The notes under the pieces: model-generated | The model's input: the letters and a program-made list of their open reading frames with translations, nothing else | The model's database searches: none | Told to the model about the DNA's origin: nothing | Translations under genes and position numbers: made by a program | Assembly (NCBI GenBank): GCA_951406725.2 | Contig: OX597821.1 | Coordinates: 9,424,001-9,488,000, forward strand | Origin: Octopus vulgaris | Taxonomy: Eukaryota | Direction: 5' to 3' | Length of the DNA: 64,000 nt | In this document: piece after piece, positions 55,716-64,000 of the stretch | Numbering within the stretch: position 1 is the stretch's first letter | Layout of the letters: every line of letters begins with the position of its first letter

Positions 55716-57507
55716 CCTTAAACTGATGATTTTTTTTGAAAAATAGTTTATCCTATATTAGAAGTAAATTTATTACTATTCACTTCAGGAGTGGTAACCA
55801 CTTTAAGTTTTGGTTCCTGACCGATTACACGTGTGTTGAGGCTTGCTACGAAATTTATGTTTAGATATATTTGGGGAATTTATGTGTAAATATGACTTTG
55901 CTACTGCTTTTTTCCGTGGGTGCCTGTAAGTATTTCAATTATTTTTATCGCATCTTCTACAGATGAGTGGAAAAATCCGTTGGATTAATCTCGAAATCTC
56001 TTTTTCTATGTTACAGTTCCTATTTTGTCTCTGAGGTGGAGGACAACGCTTAAATTATTATGCATATTTGTTCTATTAGTGTATCCTTAAAAGCAAAAGT
56101 AACATTATCAGAGGTCATTATTTCCCCATTCTCTGTGTGCAAAAAAAATACACTAACTCAGATTCACAAGCTCACATACACACACGCGCGCGCTCACACA
56201 CACATACGCACGAACACACAGAGATATATTAGATACTATATATCTATGAAGACAGATATAATAAAAGTCATACCCAGCAAAATACCAATAATTCCTGTCT
56301 AAGAAAAATATCTATATATACGAAGGTAAGGAAAAATGTAGAATAACACCATTGTTACAGAATATATAACAAGATTCAGACAATTTCAATATTGATTTAT
56401 AAACTTTTATTATACACACAAAATATTACTTAATCCTTTCTTGTTTCGAGTATTATTTTTTTTACCGAAAATTACAGCTACATGTATTTTACCTAGAACA
56501 AGAATTTAGAAGTACAAATTATTATACAATGTATCTATATAAACCACGAAATATATAAATTAGAATTATTTTAATAAAACTTTAATATAATGAAGCGCAC
56601 AAACATTGAGATTTTTGCAATTTTTAAAAATAATAAACAGAAAAAGTGTATGTAAGATACAGATTATGATTTAAGACATTATTTGAAATATATAGACAGT
56701 TGTTTTCAGTTTTGGGACCAAATTAATATCTCAAAATGTTTATTGAGAATAATGTGAATCTGTTTTTATTTCCTTTTTATGTTTTAATACAAATGATTCT
56801 CTGTTTATTTCGAATTTCATTTCTGTTTCCTGAAACAACTTTGAAAAATGTTCATTCGAAAACAAAAACAATAATTAATGGAAAAGAAAATATAATCTGT
56901 TCAGGCGTCATTGATGATAATATATCATGTTTTACTCTGATTTATTAAATAAAGTTTTTTGTTTGTTTTTAGAACTCGTCCTGCTTAAAAACCATTGATT
57001 CACCGTTTGCGTACTCAATTTCAAAAGACTAAGAAATACATAATTCTGCAATTAATAACAATCATTCTGTGCCACTCTTGGATTTATTCCTGTATAGTGG
57101 GACGAGTCCATTTACATCATTCAAAATATGTTATTTACAATAAATTGTCAGTGAATTCGAAGCTTGGTTGATTTTTCGCTCCGTCAGATTGATTAAATGC
57201 AACCAAGGAAATTTCAGAATCACTGCCAAAAGTTTACTTCCAACGATAATGCAACAATTGCTTCAGATAGTCCTCTGGCCGTGTTCATAGTTCAATCTTA
57301 TTAAGAAGTCAATTGATGAATTGAAATTATTGGGAACCGCTAGTCTCTAGCTAGCTTATTCAGAGCAATTTTTTTTTCCGTATAATTTCACTCCATTAAT
57401 TGGTCGATTGTTAAGCTCGAAACAAACAAGCACGCGAACGCATAATTAAAATGTCCTAAGGTTACAATAGGTAATTGAATTAATTTACGTAACCCATCAT
57501 TTCTGTG

Positions 57508-57548
<41 letters not shown>

Positions 57549-57549
57549 T

Positions 57550-57588
<39 letters not shown>

Positions 57589-57599
57589 AAAATGTTTAT

Positions 57600-57731
<132 letters not shown>

Positions 57732-58750
57732 TATGTTTATATGTGTCTGTATACTTGTGTGTCTATTTACATCTGTTTTTTTTTTCCATTTAATAACAAA
57801 ATACAAATCTCTCTCAACAAATAATTAATCTTATGCTGACAATGAAAAGAATTGATTATTTAGAATGGCACAAACGCACACGTTTTATATTGTTTTCAAC
57901 CATCAGTTATTTCCTAGGAAGAACGCCACATATATTTATGATACTCTTGTGATAAAAATATACATTCTTTGAGAACACAAAGACATTACTTTTGGATAAA
58001 CGCATTTGAAAATTGGTGGAGCAGTTCATTTACTATTCAATGATCCATATGATGAATAGCACTGAAATATCATTCATGACCGATTGATATTCAAACATTA
58101 TATTGTCACTACAATTTGTTAAATCATTTGAAGAATAAATCAAATCGCACTGCAAATGGATGCCAAGAGAGATTGAAGTACAAGAAAAAAATAAGCGGAA
58201 TGAATAATAAATTGTCTTTTAAAAACTGTGTTCCTGTTGAACTTAGAGGAATAACTCTTAATAGTTTGTGTAGAAGATCAGGAAGATTTTGGAGATAAAG
58301 GTTTAATGGAGTACAGCAACCCTATAACACAACAAGCACTTATTTCATTGGCAGCGAAGAAATGTTAAACTAAGCGGAACTTGAACTCAGAATATAAAGA
58401 GGTGAACGTGGAAATCGTTCTTATAGCTGATCTTTTCAAGTTGTAGGAATAAGTAAAACTTAACTATACTCGCTCTTCGAGAGAAGCAATAAAAAATTAA
58501 AACGAAATCTGTAATTGCACAGCAATTACCAACTCATAAATATACTAACATAGGAACTCCGCAAAATGTTTTGCTGGAATTTATGATGCCAACACGTGAA
58601 AAGAACTAGTGTCCATTACTTTGCCAACCGTGTGGTAAAAGTCAATGTTGACTGAAGCGAAAATCAATGCTTGACAATAACCGACTAAATAAAAATCTGC
58701 ACACATACAGACACACAGACACACACAAACGCACGCACACACACACACAT

Positions 58751-58799
<49 letters not shown>

Positions 58800-59036
58800 T
58801 ACATACACACATCTATATATGAAGATAGATAAGACCGGTATATGGTAATACTTGATTTTCACATCCACGAAGCGCTTACTTTACAGCATATCATGACACG
58901 CCGACGATACGGTGTAAAGCTAAGAGCTTTATGAATGAGAAACGCAGGTTAATCCCATAGACTGGCCTTATCAATCTTTATACGATAGTATAAAGTGTGT
59001 GTTTCTTTTTCCGATTCATGATGTATCGACGTTACG

Positions 59037-59115
<79 letters not shown>

Positions 59116-59567
59116 TCAGGAGTGGAAAATCTTTGTTTCATGATGGTAAAATTGTTGTGTGGGTTTAGCGAGGAGTAAAAAGTAATCCAAATAATAAATA
59201 CGTTAACACATCTTCAAAGATCATTATGGATGTGTTAAGTATTGTCCAATGAATGTACTTGGATAACGGAACTGTAACAATAACATGAAACATATATCTT
59301 TATTTTCGTCCTCATATTGCCCTCTATACTTCCTATATCTCTCCCTTTCCAAAAGAACTTCTGATATTGAACTCTACTATTTACTTATATTTAAATCTCT
59401 CAATTCGTCTCTGATCATGGGATTTCCTTTATATCCAGAAACTGCTGCAAGACTACCTTTCTTTTCATAAATGTCCGAGGAATTTCACTGTCTTGGCTTT
59501 ATTGTTTCATTTTATTTAGCACTTTAGCACTCACACACAAACACAGGCACACAGGCACACGTACACA

Positions 59568-59614
<47 letters not shown>

Positions 59615-60048
59615 CTTTCTTAGTTGTACCAAGTGTATGTACAGTCTATATTACTGATAATTGATTTTTTCTATATCGTACATACTTTTTAGAATAAATA
59701 TTACGAATTCATGATGCCTAAATTCATATACAAAATGATTTTTACTCATATTATATGCTAGATTCAGATAAGTTCCCTTGAACAATCGTGTATTATGTTC
59801 CCTCTTTCAGGCACTAAACTCGCCATGTATTGGTGCAGCTGTTAAATATGTAGTGGATGAAAGGAACCCCACATCAAATCTATTATAATCTATTATAATT
59901 CATTGAATCGTTAACGTATATCAAATTTCTAAACTACGTAGGCATACAAAATCAAAACCATTTCTGATGCAGGAAGGAATAAAAAATCACAAATACGAAA
60001 ATGCATACAAAATACAATTATGCATGTATGCATGCATACATACATACA

Positions 60049-60080
<32 letters not shown>

Positions 60081-60633
60081 CACACGTACATACACACATC
60101 TATATTTACGATCAGATACCACACAGTTTTCTGACTTGACGAACATTGTGTTATATTAGAACATGTTTGTTTAATGTGATACACGGTGGGTCATAACCCG
60201 AAACAACACTATTCACAAACGAACTTATTGACTGCATAAGCAATTATTTTAATTTCTAATTTGCTCACTAGTTTGATAATAGTATAAAGTTCACAAAACT
60301 TAGTACTGATTAGAAAAAGAAAACCATACTGCCCATATGTTCAAATAAGGAAGCAAAAATAAGCTCTTTCACATGAATAGAAGGAAACGAAACAATACAA
60401 CGGAAAAAGGATATTTAATAGATATTGAATGCATATATATATATATATGAATATATATATATGTGTGTGTTTGTGTGTGTGTGTTGTGTTTGTGTGTGTG
60501 TATTTATCTATTGATCTATATATATATATATATATATACATAAGTTTGTGTATGTATTTTCATTTGTATAAATGTCTATATATAAACGTGGACATATACC
60601 AATGCGAGGTTGATGTTGAGTGTGCATATATAC

Positions 60634-60683
<50 letters not shown>

Positions 60684-60899
60684 ATTTGTACATATATATG
60701 TATATGCCTGTGTATGTATTTGCGCGTGTGTTTATATATGTGTATATATGTATATTCATATATCTTTATGAGTATGTGGTTGCCGGTATTTTGATAATTT
60801 ATTTATATATTTCATATTTTATATCGTATACTTCCACGCTAATTAGAGTAACTTCCCTCCCTTCAACGGTTTTCGTTTTTTCATAGCGTTCTTGTCTTA

Positions 60900-60959
60900 A
60901 TAACCGATGAAAAATTACTAGAAGCATTCTACTCCGCTATTTGAAACTCTGAGTATTAT
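60900..60959 (+). ncRNA. Hammerhead variant (core CCGATGA)
   Basis: ATAA-CCGATGA-AAA...TTT-GAAAC-TCTGA-GTA-TTAT, with internal TAGAA/TTCTA hairpin. Confidence 0.6.
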
Positions 60960-61023
60960 CATACCTTACACACTGTCCTGTATTATATATACATACATAC
61001 ATACATACATATATATATATATC

Positions 61024-61397
61024 TTTTACTCTTTTACTCTTTTACTTGTTTCAGTCATTTGACTGCGGCCATGCTGGAGCACCGCGTTTAGTCGAGCAAA
61101 TCGACCCCGGGACTTATTCTTTGTAAGCCAAGTACTTATTCTATCGGTCTCTTTTGCCGAACCGCTAAGTGACGGGGACATAAACACACCATAAACACAC
61201 ATGCTAGGGGGACAAATACAGACACACAAACACACACACACACACACACACATACATATATATATACATATATACGACAGATTTTTCTTTCAGTTTCCGT
61301 CTACCAAATCCACTCACAAGGCATTGGTCGGCCCGGGGCTATAGCAGAAGACACTTACTCAAGATGCTACGCAGTGGGACTGAACCCGGGACCATGT
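61024..61397 (-). mobile_element. SINE family A (head truncated)
   Basis: Collinear with other family A copies. Confidence 0.9.
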
Positions 61398-61399
61398 AC

Positions 61400-61458
<59 letters not shown>

Positions 61459-61489
61459 CAGGGAGAGAGAGAGTCATATAGTTAGAAAT

Positions 61490-61523
61490 ATAGATAGATA
61501 GAAAGATAGATAGACAGACAGAC

Positions 61524-61622
<99 letters not shown>
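61490..61622. repeat. (GATA)n microsatellite
   Basis: Seen directly; similar tracts at 50597-50770 and 63470-63570. Confidence 0.95.
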
Positions 61623-62269
61623 ATGATCCCTTGAACAACCAGCTACTTATAACTAATCACTTTATACTTAGTGAACAAGTTTCACACAAATTCCATTCCT
61701 CTACTGTGTCCCTTTACTCATGCTCACCCTTCTTTCAAACTAATTCAGCTATTACATCTCTTCTTTGGAGCATGCCTGTAACAAGGCCATACTTGTATCT
61801 TGTTCACATTTCTGATCCTTACTTTTATTCCAAGGAATTTTTGAGAATCTTCAATCTTTATCAATTTCTCTAATTGTTTACCATTTCTTTGAAAGTGTCT
61901 CATCTAGGAATTTATAATTCTTGAAAAGTGTTTCACTCATTTTCTAATTGTATTATGAACTTTCCCTTTTGTTTCACAACGGTGTCTCAAAAATTAGACT
62001 TCTCTACTACTCGTAAATAACACCCACCTTCCGCATACTATCCATCTTTTCTTTTGACGTATTCATTTATCCGACAATTTCCGACATGCTAACATACACT
62101 CAGCATATTTAAAAATTACATACGTTTTGAGACACCCACCCAAATATCAACAACAGAAATATATGATGCTGGCAATATCTACACGTATATATGCGCCCCA
62201 CATATACACTCGCATACACAATGACCTTTCTATCTATTCCACTCACGGATAAACTCTGAAATATGCACT

Positions 62270-62371
62270 CAAACATTCGTTCCTTTGTGACCCAAACATT
62301 TGTTCCTTTGTGACCCAAACATTCGTTCCTTTGTGACCCAAACATTCGTTCCTTTTGACCCAAACATTCGT
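62270..62371. repeat. ~23-bp minisatellite, about 4.5 copies
   Basis: CAAACATTCGTTCCTTTGTGACC repeated without unique spacers. Confidence 0.9.
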
Positions 62372-62523
62372 ACTCACACATTCTTTCCTTCGTGAGTCTC
62401 TCAATTCTAAGGAATTCTATCCTGGCATCGGAACCTTTAAGTTTGTCTTGCCACTTCATCTATATTTTTAAATTTCGTGTATTTTAAATATATATATATA
62501 ATATATATATATACATATATATG

Positions 62524-62585
<62 letters not shown>

Positions 62586-62605
62586 CTATATATATCTATA
62601 TATAC

Positions 62606-62698
<93 letters not shown>

Positions 62699-64000
62699 TT
62701 CATATTTGTCTCTTTAACCTATGCCTATTACTTCTCGCTTTCGTTTCCCCGGTGAAGAAATAATGCATGAATAGTTATGACAATCTCAACGTTTGATGTA
62801 ATAGATTATTTTCTTAAAATGTTCTTTCCCCTGTTATTCAGGTTATTGTGGATTAGCATTAAACTATACGCATATTCTGGTAGATATGTACGTATATATG
62901 CATGCATACATGTATGTATACATGTATGAATGTGCGCGAGGGCACACGCCGTGTACCATTCACTCGTATTGAAATAAATGACGTAAATGAAGATTGCGTG
63001 CAAGTATACTTGGCCAAGATTTCGTGTTCCCGGAGCGAGGATCTAATTACAGATCTACAGAAGTCATTCTCTAGTGAGATATCTTGAAAGCCTTGCAAAA
63101 GTATTTCCCGGTCTTGTAACTGTAAAACAGAAAAAGAAGAAAAACAGGGAGGATTGTATATTCCGTATAACGATAATTATCATTTCTCGGCTGCAGGAAC
63201 GTATAAACTTGCGAATTTTTTGCACTTAGTCAGGTGAAACATTTTCAACATCTATTAGAATCATTTGTACGTAACTTTGAGAAATTACACCTACAATATT
63301 GTGAGAGAACTTTGTAAAATATAACTTTGAAAAAATTTAAGTGCATGACACTTTGCTAAATAATTTTTCATCGCACCAACAAGAGACTATGGACATCAAT
63401 CATGAACTATTGACGTAAAATATAGTAGATATATTGTGAGTGAATTCAGCTAGAATATATATATATATATAGATAGGTAGATAGATAGATAGAGATAGAT
63501 ACAGATAAATAGATAGATATAAAGAGATATATAGATAGATAGAGAAATAGACAGATAGATAGATAGATATACTAATGTGTATTAATGAGAGCATATGTGT
63601 GATATGTACGATGGTACGTGTATGTCTGCACGCGTGTGTGTTCGTTTTTTAATAGCTGTGAAACAATGTGCATTAAATAAGGCCCTTGTTTCCAGATTGA
63701 AGCCCCTAGTTCATAAGTAACCAAATATTTGTTAAATATATATAAGTTTGATAAAAATATGTTAGTGCAATGTGGATACATGAGAGACAAATATTTTCGT
63801 TGAGACATTAAACATTTTGGGATTATCTAAAAGATTAGTGAGCCCTGAGGGATTGAGTAAATGCTTACCCTACTTGGTGAAAAAACGTATTCACAGTCAA
63901 TAAAATTACTGCTTCACTTATGTTGCCTGTAACAGAGACACGTTGTTGTAGTTAGTAGAATGTCACGTAGGCAAATAGGATCAGACGCCTTCTTGTGTAT

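Noticed and set aside
58860-58950. CCGACGA...GAAAC-GCAG-GTT inside a weak inverted repeat
   Set aside because: Helix I does not pair and helix III is not palindromic; at best a fossil
62270-62371. CRISPR-like short direct repeats
   Set aside because: Contiguous minisatellite with no unique spacers, no cas genes, eukaryotic context

Overview
AT-rich, microsatellite-dense eukaryotic DNA. The SINE families and (TA)n/(TAA)n density look like an octopus/cephalopod genome (inference). It contains the 3' part of one + strand intron-rich gene: exons at 7730-7889, 9582-9721, 13631-14002 and 15771-15789 splice in compatible phases and encode a single-pass membrane protein. The rest is mostly transposon debris: tRNA-derived SINEs, R4/Dong-like RT+RLE LINEs in (TAA)n, several decayed Penelope-like elements (PLEs), mariner/Tc1 remnants, an RTE fragment, a Gypsy remnant and a non-autonomous Helitron. 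The main unexplained signal is a dense set of short non-coding elements next to (TA)n tracts. They form tandem arrays or long fold-back palindromes and carry hammerhead ribozyme (HHR) cores. These include a 474-bp x4.3 HHR array with an inverted copy (32031-34468), HHR hairpins at about 28 kb, 39.8 kb and 51.3 kb, two C4-variant cores, and a complete hammerhead at 54748-54823 whose three strands are in reversed, non-circularly permuted order. All ribozyme calls come from reading motifs and pairings by eye; no activity or database evidence is available.
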